This document shows positions 1-10,060 of a stretch of 39,017 bases of DNA, piece after piece (position 1 is the stretch's first letter; each line of letters opens with the position of its first letter). The stretch is from a phage, in the sequence record PZ168289.1; one strand, given 5' to 3'. The notes below the pieces were generated by a model that ran no database searches, was not told the DNA's origin, and worked only from the letters and a program-made list of their open reading frames with translations. Both the position numbers and the translations under genes were made by a program.

Positions 1-2
1 AT

Positions 3-446
3 TTACCCACGGTTAATCTCCTTAGTTGTTACGATGTCTACCGCCCCAGAAACATGCTTGACACGAGAATACCAGTCAAGACCCCAACGCTTGCACTCTT
101 CGTCTATGATGTGCCTGACAGTCTCAAGAACCTTGCGGGAGGACTGCGAGTCACGACGAATAGCGACGATTGAAAGGTCAAGACCGGGAGTCGGTCGGTG
201 CCAAGATGCGGTAGCCAGCATGTAGAGATACGCTACTGGTTGACCTGAGACATCATAGATTGTGTACTCTTCACCCGCGAACTCGTCAGCCATACGGTAA
301 GTATGAGCCTTGAAGTCCTCGAATGACTTGAAGTTAGACTGCCCGTCTTCCCAGAGGCGACAAGCGCACATGTGGCGACCTTCGCGTGAGTTGAGATATG
401 GTAGCATTGTCTTACCCCATGTTGACGCCAGAGGCTCGCATAGCAC
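3..446 (-). CDS. hypothetical protein in gene-7 position (gp7-like virion/host-range protein); 3' end runs off the window start
   Basis: Track ORF open to the window edge; lies directly downstream of the gp6.7-like gene on the coding strand, as gene 7 does in T7; no motif recognised. Confidence 0.4.
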   Translation of the reverse strand: MLCEPLASTWGKTMLPYLNSREGRHMCACRLWEDGQSNFKSFEDFKAHTYRMADEFAGEEYTIYDVSGQPVAYLYMLATASWHRPTPGLDLSIVAIRRDSQSSRKVLETVRHIIDEECKRWGLDWYSRVKHVSGAVDIVTTKEINRG

Positions 447-636
447 GGCTAACTGACGATGTATCTTTAGGTGTAGACTCCTTCTTGACCTTCAGGTCTT
501 TTATACCTTTGGTCTCGTTGGTGTCCACATCCGATTCAGCCCCGATGTCAACTGACGCAACTTCCTCACTCAGAGGTGCTGGTTCAGGTGCTTGGACCGA
601 AGGCTTCGGAGTGCTAATCTTTGGACTGAAACACAT
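412..636 (-). CDS. gp6.7-like small virion protein
   Basis: N-terminus MCFSPKISTPK and acidic middle resemble T7 gp6.7 (recalled); position after gene 6.5. Confidence 0.65.
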   Translation of the reverse strand: MCFSPKISTPKPSVQAPEPAPLSEEVASVDIGAESDVDTNETKGIKDLKVKKESTPKDTSSVSRAMRASGVNMG

Positions 637-650
637 AGTCCCTCCTACAG

Positions 651-923
651 TTAATCAAACTGAACGGTATCTTTCAGCTCACGACGCATAGCAATCGCAG
701 AGTCGAGAGTGTCAGAGCAATACTGGAGACCCTTGATAAACCCGGCAATGAACGCATCGCTGTAGCCCTGCTGCTTGAGGAGACTGATAGCTCCCATCTT
801 CTCAGCGTAGCTTGCGTTGAACAATACGTGCATGAACTGGATGGCAGACTGGGAGATGTTAGGGACATCAAGTCTTTCTTCCTGTAACTGCTTAACAACG
901 TTTTCAATAGCATTAATCGCCAT
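651..923 (-). CDS. hypothetical protein (gene 6.5 position)
   Basis: 90-aa ORF directly downstream of a phage promoter at 985-1007; synteny only. Confidence 0.55.
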   Translation of the reverse strand: MAINAIENVVKQLQEERLDVPNISQSAIQFMHVLFNASYAEKMGAISLLKQQGYSDAFIAGFIKGLQYCSDTLDSAIAMRRELKDTVQFD

Positions 924-984
924 CTTGAATCTCCTCTTTAAGTTAAGACTAAAGTCTATCTTATAGTCATATCTTAGGTCCTAA

Positions 985-1007
985 AGTCCCTATAGTGATA
1001 GTTTAGT
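985..1007 (-). promoter_or_regulatory. phage RNAP promoter (gene 6.5 upstream)
   Basis: Plus strand CCTATAGTGATAGTTTAG at 989-1006 = minus 5'-CTAAACTATCACTATAGG-3', same -7..+2 core as T7 CACTATAGG. Confidence 0.75.
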
Positions 1008-1133
1008 GTTTCACCTATGGATGACTGTTGGATTTATAGGATATGACTATCGGTTAGACTCAGTGTTTAGGACGGTTGTTCGACCCGAACCACTTGTACA
1101 TGCAGTAAATGGCCAGAAGTCCGACCCAGTAAA

Positions 1134-2000
1134 TTACATGGATGGTGTCCACAGGATGACCTCCTTGGACTTAGGGTCGTAGTCGGAGGCTCGACAAATA
1201 CGAGCTACCTGAGCTTGGACCAGAAGTTCCTCCTCGGTCATCCCAGCTTTAGCAGCCAGAGTCACCATGCAGTCCCACAACGTCATGTCTTCACGCTTCG
1301 GATACTTCTTCCACTCAGTCTTAATCTGGCCTTTGTTCTTACCAGTCTTAAGCTCACGGCTCTCCTGCACGAAGTAGTATGGCTCGTCAAGGAACGCACG
1401 AGTAGTGTCCTCACCCATCCCCGGAATACCGCCGTAGCCATCTGTAGTGTCACCCTTGATGGTCTGCTCCATGTGCCAGTAGTCTGCCTCGGCAGTCGTA
1501 TGACTCAGGATTTCACCAGTGGTTAACCAGAAGAACTCACAGTTCGGGATTGTCTTGAAGTCCTTATCACAGGACACCAGAACCGCATGGTCACATCCGA
1601 CAATCTGAGGTCGGGTCCCGATGATACCCATACAGTCATCACCCTCAAGCGTAGGACGCAGGAAGCTATTGAACCGTTGGTCAGCCATCACTTCGGCTAC
1701 GAACTTCTTGTAACCTACAGGCTTGCGAGAACCTTTACGGTTGGCCTTATAGGTAGGAAGAACGTCCTTACGCCAGTTATTATCGTCAGTAAAGCACATC
1801 ACAATCTTAGCGTCTTTCCACGCCTTACGCTTCTTAACGATTTCAGCGATGGTGTTCTCAAGGATACGGCGAGCCTTCTCGTGGTCGCAGATAAGGGTCC
1901 AGATGTCATCACCCCAGTCTGTCTCGTCCTCAGCAGCAGCCATAGATGAAAACACTAAGTAGTCACCATCTAACACAAGAGCTATTTTCTTTTCGCTCAT
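1134..2000 (-). CDS. 5'-3' exonuclease (T7 gp6-like, FEN/XPG family)
   Basis: Strong similarity to T7 gp6 (LVLDGDYLVF, PVGYKKF, CDKDFKTIPNC, WDCMV..AKAGMTEEEL); start moved to ATG 2000 (MSEKK) with GGAGG 7 nt upstream; track start 2054 is GTG. Confidence 0.9.
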   Translation of the reverse strand: MSEKKIALVLDGDYLVFSSMAAAEDETDWGDDIWTLICDHEKARRILENTIAEIVKKRKAWKDAKIVMCFTDDNNWRKDVLPTYKANRKGSRKPVGYKKFVAEVMADQRFNSFLRPTLEGDDCMGIIGTRPQIVGCDHAVLVSCDKDFKTIPNCEFFWLTTGEILSHTTAEADYWHMEQTIKGDTTDGYGGIPGMGEDTTRAFLDEPYYFVQESRELKTGKNKGQIKTEWKKYPKREDMTLWDCMVTLAAKAGMTEEELLVQAQVARICRASDYDPKSKEVILWTPSM

Positions 2001-2206
2001 AGACAGCCTCCGTGTTGGTTCAGGAACTTGGTGCCAGCGGCGGTAATCTCCCACGCACCGTTGTTACGACCATCCATAGACAGGCAGCTTAGATGTCCAC
2101 GACTCGCAGCCTCAGCCACCAGTGCAGCGTTGTTGCGCACATAGTTTGACTGGAAGGTCTTCGGGCAGGACTTAAGGGCCGCTAGGACCCGTAAGTATTC
2201 GCTCAT
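1997..2206 (-). CDS. gp5.7-like small protein
   Basis: 69 aa, same size and position as T7 gp5.7; GAGG upstream; stop overlaps exonuclease start. Confidence 0.55.
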   Translation of the reverse strand: MSEYLRVLAALKSCPKTFQSNYVRNNAALVAEAASRGHLSCLSMDGRNNGAWEITAAGTKFLNQHGGCL

Positions 2207-2487
2207 TGCTTGACCTCGAATCGCAGGTTGGACACACCTAACTGGCCATCACCAAAGGCGTCTACCAGTTCTTCCTTGATGTGCTTCTTGGCGACAATTT
2301 CAATGGCAGACTCAGGGCCTGACTCGATTGCTGCTTTGACCAGAGCCAACTGAAGCCCATCCAACTTCTCACCATCAGCGTAGGCTTTAGTCATCTCAGC
2401 CAGTTGGCGACACACGGTCTCTTCTGCCTTTGAGTTAACAACCATCTTCAGGTCAAAACTCACACGAATACGTTTAGTAATAGCCAT
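2203..2487 (-). CDS. gp5.5-like protein (H-NS binding in T7)
   Basis: Resembles T7 gp5.5 (GEKLDG..KKHIKEELVD.FGDGQL); start at ATG overlapping DNAP stop (TAATG); track start 2505 is likely too long. Confidence 0.7.
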   Translation of the reverse strand: MAITKRIRVSFDLKMVVNSKAEETVCRQLAEMTKAYADGEKLDGLQLALVKAAIESGPESAIEIVAKKHIKEELVDAFGDGQLGVSNLRFEVKQ

Positions 2488-4655
2488 TAGTGACACTCCT
2501 TCCACGTTGGTCCAATCTTACCTTCGGTATCAAGGACACATTTAAAGTTATAGAACTCACCCACCTTACGCATAGCAAGCTGAGCAATCTTGACTACTTC
2601 TTCAGCAATCTCCTGAGTACGACACGCAATCTGCAATTCATCATGCACCCAAGCCATGTACGCAAAGTCACCTTCCCAGCCGTGAACATACCCGGCCTCT
2701 TCGAGCATACGTTCAGTCTCGACAATCCAGTGCTTACAGACTACCGCACCATCTCCTTGAAGTAAGGCGTTCAGTGCTGAGTGCGGCGACCGGATGTGGA
2801 TACGGCGACCATCAAGTCCACGCAACCAACGGCGTTTCCACTTAACGATATTCTCACCGTCCACCCACTTAGAGTCTGAGATTAACGTATTGCTCACAGC
2901 TTCCCTGAGGTCTTTGATGGCTGGTGTACCCTCAATGAATTTCTTCATGAGAGCTGAACCTTCCTTCTTCCCACCGCCTACTATCAGTCCAATCTTAGCG
3001 GCCCCTGCACCGTACAGGAACGCATAGATGAACGTCTTAGCGTTGTTACGGAAAGCATCATGGTCGTGGCTCGACTTATCGCGTGGGACGTTAGGTGCTA
3101 ACCCAGCGTTTACTGCGTTGGCCCAGTGGATGTCACCTTCGACCACAGTCTTCGCATATGCACCACCATCAAACGGAGCCGCTCTGTTCCCAAGACAACG
3201 AAGCTCAAGACCTGAAGCATCCACACCCACTTGAATCCAAGGGTCTGGCTTACCATCCGTCTTGTTCCAAGCTGCACCGAAAGCACCACGGCAAATCTCA
3301 CCATACGGAGCACCGTTAGCAGGGACCTGAGCCATGTTTGGTGAACTGTGAGTCGCACGTCCGGTTACTGCCCCGCATGGGTTGATTGAACCGTGCATAC
3401 GTCCGTCTGGACCTACAAGTTTCAACCATGCGTTCTTACCTTCAGCCGCCTGACCTATGCGCTTCTGGACTACCAGATACTCACGGACCAGCTCTACGCA
3501 AGCCTGAGCCTCTGCGTCTGGCAACTTAACGTGTTCTAACGTCTCGTCATCGACTACAGGTTTCCCTGTGTCAGTGAAGTCCACAGGCTCCCAGCCCCGC
3601 TCCATCAAGACTTTCGCTAAGTGGTCTCCGCTTCCCGGATTAAACTCAACGTAGGTGATAGGTGTGAACGGTGCTCCCTCCATCGTGTCTCGTGAGTCAA
3701 ACTCGCAAGGCTCCAGACCTAAGCGTTGAGCTTTGTTCTTCGGCTTCTTGAATACTGACCCGACCTTAGGGTACACGACTCGCGGATACTTCGGAAGGTC
3801 CTTGCCTGTCCGTGGGTGCTTGAAGAACTCCTTGCCTCCCTTTGGTGCGTACCAGCTACCGAAAGTCGAACGCAGCTTGTCCAGCAGTTCTGCACGTTTG
3901 ACGGTGAGTTCACGATATAAGCCTTCGACCATCTCGGTGTTCATCGGATAGCCGTTACGCTCCATCTTCGCACAGGTCCACGCAGCATCATGTTCCAGAC
4001 GCAACGCATAAATCTGGTCGAAAGCGAACTGTTCAGACTGGAAGTAATACTTGTCAGTCAGGAACTTCTTGAGCAACGCCAGCGTGACCACAACGTCTTG
4101 AACGTTATAGTCCAGCATCTCCTGAGACGGGAACAACCATTCGTCCCCAGCCTTATATTCGATACCTTCAGCCTTGCACTTGGCAACGTAATCGTGTTTG
4201 TATTCACCTTTCATCTCACCAAGACGATAGCCCCAAGCCTCAAGAGACTGACGTCCCATCATCTTAGGTGGCAGACGGCCAGATTTCACCGCTCCCATGT
4301 CTGAGAACTTAATGTTGGGATACATCAAGCGCCCCAGCACCAAGGTATCAATCATCTTGTGTTTCGGGAAGTTAAAGCGTTTCCCAAAGTACAGACGTTT
4401 CAGCTTGTCAATAGCCGGGACGTCATAATTGATACCGTTGTGGAATACCAGCATACCATCAGGTGATGCGGCAATCTCTTCCACTTTATGCACATACTCT
4501 TTGAAGCCACCGACGATACCGACCATCGGAGCTACCCCGTACTTGAGGGTCTCATTCGACTCGGCGTTAATCAGGACCCCACAGTGAAACTGGGAGACTG
4601 TATCAAGGAGACCGTTGGTCTCGATGTCAGACCCGTATACGTTACTTAAGTCCAT
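2487..4655 (-). CDS. DNA polymerase (T7 gp5-like family A polymerase with 3'-5' exonuclease)
   Basis: Near end-to-end similarity to T7 gp5 (SDIETNGLL, FHNG..YDVPA, DYNVQDVVVT, WVHDE, LDTEGK.GP.W); GGAGGA RBS before ATG 4655. Confidence 0.97.
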   Translation of the reverse strand: MDLSNVYGSDIETNGLLDTVSQFHCGVLINAESNETLKYGVAPMVGIVGGFKEYVHKVEEIAASPDGMLVFHNGINYDVPAIDKLKRLYFGKRFNFPKHKMIDTLVLGRLMYPNIKFSDMGAVKSGRLPPKMMGRQSLEAWGYRLGEMKGEYKHDYVAKCKAEGIEYKAGDEWLFPSQEMLDYNVQDVVVTLALLKKFLTDKYYFQSEQFAFDQIYALRLEHDAAWTCAKMERNGYPMNTEMVEGLYRELTVKRAELLDKLRSTFGSWYAPKGGKEFFKHPRTGKDLPKYPRVVYPKVGSVFKKPKNKAQRLGLEPCEFDSRDTMEGAPFTPITYVEFNPGSGDHLAKVLMERGWEPVDFTDTGKPVVDDETLEHVKLPDAEAQACVELVREYLVVQKRIGQAAEGKNAWLKLVGPDGRMHGSINPCGAVTGRATHSSPNMAQVPANGAPYGEICRGAFGAAWNKTDGKPDPWIQVGVDASGLELRCLGNRAAPFDGGAYAKTVVEGDIHWANAVNAGLAPNVPRDKSSHDHDAFRNNAKTFIYAFLYGAGAAKIGLIVGGGKKEGSALMKKFIEGTPAIKDLREAVSNTLISDSKWVDGENIVKWKRRWLRGLDGRRIHIRSPHSALNALLQGDGAVVCKHWIVETERMLEEAGYVHGWEGDFAYMAWVHDELQIACRTQEIAEEVVKIAQLAMRKVGEFYNFKCVLDTEGKIGPTWKECH

Positions 4656-4673
4656 GGTTAATCCTCCGCGTTT

Positions 4674-4722
4674 AGTCTAATCATAAAGGCCACTCTCGAT
4701 GTGAATGACCTTGAGTCTAGAC
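4674..4722 (-). other. conserved RNA hairpin element, copy i (putative RNase III site upstream of DNAP)
   Basis: Minus RNA UAGACUCAAGGUCAUUC..GAGUGGCCUUUAUGAUUAG; 10-11 bp stem with G-U pairs; shares flanks with copies ii and iii. Confidence 0.5.
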
Positions 4723-4905
4723 CTAGAAGTCTGTACGCAAGAAGTGATACATAAACTTCCGGTTAGCTTTCTTCCATGCCTTAGAGTCGAACCTCTGGTC
4801 TCCCAGAATGTTGGACAGGCAGGTTGCTTCATCACTCCACCATTTGTACATGAACCGATGGTAGCGAGCTTTAAGTTTTCGTAACATTAGAATGGAACCC
4901 TCCAT
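4723..4905 (-). CDS. hypothetical small basic protein (gene 4.x position)
   Basis: Sits between primase-helicase and DNAP; internal ATG at 4887 (MLRKLK...) has GGAGGG 10 nt upstream and may be the real start. Confidence 0.45.
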   Translation of the reverse strand: MEGSILMLRKLKARYHRFMYKWWSDEATCLSNILGDQRFDSKAWKKANRKFMYHFLRTDF

Positions 4906-4920
4906 TTATACTTCTCGTAA

Positions 4921-6624
<1,704 letters not shown>

Positions 6625-6652
6625 TCACTCCTTAATCACAAATGCGAACAAA

Positions 6653-6672
6653 GGGACAGGACTCATTGTCCC
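6653..6672 (-). other. hairpin GGGACA-(8 nt)-TGTCCC upstream of primase-helicase
   Basis: Perfect 6-bp inverted repeat next to the variant promoter-like motif. Confidence 0.35.
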
Positions 6673-6694
6673 ATCCCTAAGGTGATAGTTTAGG
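6672..6694 (-). promoter_or_regulatory. variant promoter-like motif upstream of primase-helicase
   Basis: CCTAAGGTGATAGTTTAG; minus -4/-3 are CT instead of TA; may be weak or non-functional. Confidence 0.35.
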
Positions 6695-6905
6695 CTTTGA
6701 AGAACTGAGCCAACTGGTCAGCTTTGGTGTCAGCTTGACGTGCCTTCATGCCAGCTTCCAGTGACGCTATTGTCAGCTTGTCAGCCAGAGCAGCAGCATC
6801 AGCCGCACTGTCAGCAGTCTTCTTTTCTACCTTTCGTTCCAGTACCGCAGCACGACGATAACCACGCACCACCAGACGACCAAGAAATTCAATAAGTTTA
6901 ATCAT
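6690..6905 (-). CDS. hypothetical protein (gene 3.8 position)
   Basis: 71-aa ORF with AAGGAG 9 nt upstream of ATG 6905; stop lies inside the variant promoter-like motif at 6672-6694. Confidence 0.6.
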   Translation of the reverse strand: MIKLIEFLGRLVVRGYRRAAVLERKVEKKTADSAADAAALADKLTIASLEAGMKARQADTKADQLAQFFKA

Positions 6906-6929
6906 TGAGTTATTCTCCTTTAGAGTTTA

Positions 6930-7388
6930 TTAACCACGGTCGGAAGTGACCAGTTCATTGGTAGACAGCCAGCGTTGCAAGTCGAAACTTGGACACGCCT
7001 TAGGTGCTACGTCATGGTGTGCTTTGATTTCTGCCTGAGGATACATGGACTTCAGGTCAGCCAGCTTGTTGCGCAGGGAGTTCATCTGGGCTGTAGTGAA
7101 GTTAGCTTCAAACTGACCCTTAGCGTTGATTCCACCTACAAGGCAGACGCCTACGGACTTGGAGTTCCAGTCCTTAACGTGTGACCCTACGACATTGACT
7201 GGGCGACCCTCTTCCACAGTGCCATCACGTTTGATGATAAAGTGGTAGCCTACGTCCAGCCAGCCTTGCTGCTTGTGCCACATACGGATGGTCTCTACCC
7301 CGATGTCCATCTCTGGCTTGGTAGCCGAACAGTGAACGAAGATAGCGTCAGTCCGGGACCGTGGGTTGAACTGTACCTTACTTACCAT
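6930..7388 (-). CDS. lysozyme / N-acetylmuramoyl-L-alanine amidase (T7 gp3.5-like)
   Basis: Near-identical blocks to T7 lysozyme (DAIFVHCSATKP, WLDVGYHFIIKRDGTVE, GVCLVGGI, APKACPSFDL, ELVTSDRG). Confidence 0.96.
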   Translation of the reverse strand: MVSKVQFNPRSRTDAIFVHCSATKPEMDIGVETIRMWHKQQGWLDVGYHFIIKRDGTVEEGRPVNVVGSHVKDWNSKSVGVCLVGGINAKGQFEANFTTAQMNSLRNKLADLKSMYPQAEIKAHHDVAPKACPSFDLQRWLSTNELVTSDRG

Positions 7389-7848
7389 TGTACACCACCA
7401 ATTCTACGACCACTAGATTCAGGTGCTGGGTGAAGCGCTGTGCGTCCGTGGTGTGCATCTGGAGACGCTTATGGTTGAAGACGTGTGAGTTGCTAATCTT
7501 CACGTAAACTTCTTCAGGCTTTCCGTGGACGATGAACGTCTGGCCTACACCAATCTTGTCGATGGTCAGGACTTCACGCTTCACAGTCACAGGCGGTACG
7601 CTCGAAGCTGGCAGGACTTGCGGTTTATCCTCTACGATTTCCTCAAGATGTTCTTTTAAAACCCACGCCCCCCACATACCGTCAGGCTGAGTGTCATAAC
7701 CTGCTGCTCCGTGTTTGTAGGCTCCACGCTCAGTGGATTCCACCAGAACATGTCCAGACGATGGTACAGGGTCTTTCGCACATTTCGTAACGATAGTACC
7801 TTTAGGCCACCCGTAGCCACTAACCTTAAGTCTATATTTCTGAGTCAT
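7378..7848 (-). CDS. orphan hypothetical protein inserted between endonuclease I and lysozyme
   Basis: 156-aa ORF; AGGAG 7 nt upstream of ATG 7848; start overlaps gp3 stop (TGATG); 3' end overlaps lysozyme start by 11 nt; no recognisable motif; T7 has no gene here. Confidence 0.6.
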   Translation of the reverse strand: MTQKYRLKVSGYGWPKGTIVTKCAKDPVPSSGHVLVESTERGAYKHGAAGYDTQPDGMWGAWVLKEHLEEIVEDKPQVLPASSVPPVTVKREVLTIDKIGVGQTFIVHGKPEEVYVKISNSHVFNHKRLQMHTTDAQRFTQHLNLVVVELVVYNGK

Positions 7849-8300
7849 CACTTAACTCCTTTCTTCTTGGGGATGAGGATACCTGAAGGCAGACGTACAG
7901 TCGCCTCTCGCAGCCACTCAACCGGGATGAACTTATCGGCATACTTATAGCCGTTCTTTTCGCACCATGCGCCATACGTGGTCGGAGACCCCTTGTATAA
8001 CTTGGAGCGGGAACTTGAGAACACGAACCGAATGTCTAACTCAGGGTGCTGTTCTTTAATCAATAGGTGCTTCTTACGGTCTTCCACTGCGAAGATTCCT
8101 TTGGTCTCCACAATTATTCCATTGGGCAATACAAAGTCTGGACAATAACTGTGTAGAGACTGAGGGATTGTGTATGCTATTTTATACATCTCGTATTCAG
8201 CCTTTACGCCATTCTTCTCCAGCCACTCTTGGTTCTTTGCCTCAAGACCAGACCTATATATTCCTACCGAATGTCCCCTGCTTATACTACGTGTAGCCAT
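7848..8300 (-). CDS. endonuclease I (T7 gp3-like Holliday junction resolvase)
   Basis: Strong similarity to T7 gp3 (YRSGLE, PDF.LPNGI.VETKG, DRKKHLLI.EQHPELDIR.VFSSS..KLYKGSPT.YG). Confidence 0.96.
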   Translation of the reverse strand: MATRSISRGHSVGIYRSGLEAKNQEWLEKNGVKAEYEMYKIAYTIPQSLHSYCPDFVLPNGIIVETKGIFAVEDRKKHLLIKEQHPELDIRFVFSSSRSKLYKGSPTTYGAWCEKNGYKYADKFIPVEWLREATVRLPSGILIPKKKGVK

Positions 8301-8731
8301 GTTTCTCTCCTTAGTATCTTACCTATTGTTGGCTGAGACACTCCGTAGATTGTGGCGAGCTGTCGCTGGGTAAGGCCAGAAGACCTAATTTCCTTGACTT
8401 TAGTATCAGTAAGTTTAGACATACCGCACTTCTCTCCCGGAACATGAGGAGGGTTTACACCGCGCCCCTTGTTACGCATGTCCTGAAGGTTATCCCTTTG
8501 GGTTCCTACAGTTAGATGCTCAGGGTTACAACATAGCGGAGTGTCACAAGTGTGTAGTAGAACACCATTTGGTTCTTCACCTGTAATCAGCTCGTAGGCT
8601 ACACGATGGGCAAGCATGGTTTTCCCATTATGCCTAATCTGACTGTAGCCATTGTTGTTAACGCAGCCAGTGAAAAGCCAGCAGCTACCCGAAACCCTGA
8701 GTCGCTGCTTGAGGCTTTCTATTGTAGCCAT
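8282..8731 (-). CDS. HNH homing endonuclease (copy 1 of 3)
   Basis: Cys-rich HNH motif (CW.FTGC, LAHRVAYEL, HTCD.PLCCNPEHL) plus C-terminal HTH-like tail; start overlaps SSB stop, end overlaps gp3 start. Confidence 0.85.
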   Translation of the reverse strand: MATIESLKQRLRVSGSCWLFTGCVNNNGYSQIRHNGKTMLAHRVAYELITGEEPNGVLLHTCDTPLCCNPEHLTVGTQRDNLQDMRNKGRGVNPPHVPGEKCGMSKLTDTKVKEIRSSGLTQRQLATIYGVSQPTIGKILRRETWLHVV

Positions 8732-9429
8732 TAGAAGTCGTAATCGCCACCAGAGCCAGAGTCGCCACCGCCTTCGGAACCATCATCACCGAAGTCATCG
8801 TCACCGAAGTCACCATCGGTTGACGCTTTGTAGCCAGTACCGAGGTCTTCATCATCACCCCAGCCACCATCGCCACCAGCACCATCACCTTTCCACTCCT
8901 TCAGTTCTACCAGAAGGCAGGACTCAAGCTGGAGCTTAACGCTTGCACCAGTCGCAGCGTTCCACTTGAACGGCAGGACTTTGAACTTGACCTTCAGCTT
9001 AGACCCAGCGCCAATATTCGGGACGTCACGGATGAGTTTAGCATCGGTGTCGTAGAACCGTAATACGATAGGCTCGGACTTGCCGTCTTTCAGGTAAGAC
9101 GCAAAGCATTTAAACTTCAGGGTAACAGTACCGTCACCATTCTCAATCCACGGCATGTCGCCTTCTCGTGGTTCAATAGGCTTCTTGCCACGCTGAACCT
9201 GAGGCGGGTTCTTCTCGTGGTCTGCGAGTGCTTTCGCATACGCATCGTCATGAATCTTCTGTAAGACATCAATCATCTTACGGACCTTCGGGTTGCTCAG
9301 GTCGAATGTCAGGTTAACCTTATGCTCACCACGCTCGTTAAACTTGGTGTCTGCTTTGTTCAGCCATGCGTAAGGCTCAACGATACCAGCTACCGGAGTG
9401 GTGAAAGTCTTCAGTTGCTCTTTAGCCAT
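8731..9429 (-). CDS. single-stranded DNA-binding protein (T7 gp2.5-like)
   Basis: 232 aa as in T7; conserved blocks (EPYAW, NPPQVQRGKKP, GDMPW..NGDGT.T.KFKC, WNAATGASVKLQLES.LLVEL) and acidic C-terminus ending DF. Confidence 0.96.
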   Translation of the reverse strand: MAKEQLKTFTTPVAGIVEPYAWLNKADTKFNERGEHKVNLTFDLSNPKVRKMIDVLQKIHDDAYAKALADHEKNPPQVQRGKKPIEPREGDMPWIENGDGTVTLKFKCFASYLKDGKSEPIVLRFYDTDAKLIRDVPNIGAGSKLKVKFKVLPFKWNAATGASVKLQLESCLLVELKEWKGDGAGGDGGWGDDEDLGTGYKASTDGDFGDDDFGDDGSEGGGDSGSGGDYDF

Positions 9430-9469
9430 CGGTGTAAATCTCCTAATTTAAAAGTTACGAACTGGACGT

Positions 9470-9492
9470 CTGTCCTACAGTGATAGTTTAGG
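9470..9492 (-). promoter_or_regulatory. phage RNAP promoter (SSB upstream)
   Basis: CCTACAGTGATAGTTTAG, one mismatch at -3; contains the gp2 stop codon. Confidence 0.6.
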
Positions 9493-9646
9493 CCTCAGGA
9501 CGAATCCGTCCGACCACAAACCCAGCGTCCTCATACTCTTGGGACTTCAAGGTAGCCTCTTCAAGAGACTTTGCGTACACCGGAACCTCGAAGGACTTAA
9601 CGCGACCCTCAAGCTCCACGATGTACTTCTTCTCTACGTCAGTCAT
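9488..9646 (-). CDS. gp2-like inhibitor of host RNA polymerase
   Basis: 52-aa ORF (below track threshold), hand-translated; FEVPVYA...AGF.VGRIRP resembles T7 gp2; TAA stop lies inside promoter 9470-9492. Confidence 0.55.
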   Translation of the reverse strand: MTDVEKKYIVELEGRVKSFEVPVYAKSLEEATLKSQEYEDAGFVVGRIRPEA

Positions 9647-9724
9647 AGACCACGCTCCTTCCATAAGTTGTAGAGCTGAAGGTAATCGACGTTACCTGTC
9701 TCCTCAAATTTTCTCTCAGCCCAC

Positions 9725-10060
9725 TCACTCGGCAGCATAGCACTTACCTTTATGTAGGTCGAACAGCTCCTGATAGAAGGCTGCTTTGTTCAGGTCCTTC
9801 TCCATAGTAGCCAGCTCTGACTTCTTACCAGCTCGGAGTCGATACTTCAGGACGTTACCCATGCAGAAACCACGGAACTCGCTGACAGTCATTGACCGCG
9901 CGATAATCTCAATGGATTCCACGCCGTCAAAGACCTGATAGTGTGACGGCTTGCGAACCCCGTCATCTTTACTACACGCGGCGATGATGCTGGTAACAGC
10001 ACCGCAGTCGCACGAACCGAAGCTAAGGACCGAGCGGCACCACTCCTTGTGCTTAGCCAT
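9725..10060 (-). CDS. gp1.7-like protein, C-terminal domain only (T7 gp1.7 is a nucleotide kinase)
   Basis: KPSHYQVFDGVESIEIIARSMTVSEFRGFCMGNVLKYRLRAGKKSELA matches the C-terminal half of T7 gp1.7; 111 aa vs 196 in T7; AAGGAGGTGG RBS. Confidence 0.8.
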   Translation of the reverse strand: MAKHKEWCRSVLSFGSCDCGAVTSIIAACSKDDGVRKPSHYQVFDGVESIEIIARSMTVSEFRGFCMGNVLKYRLRAGKKSELATMEKDLNKAAFYQELFDLHKGKCYAAE

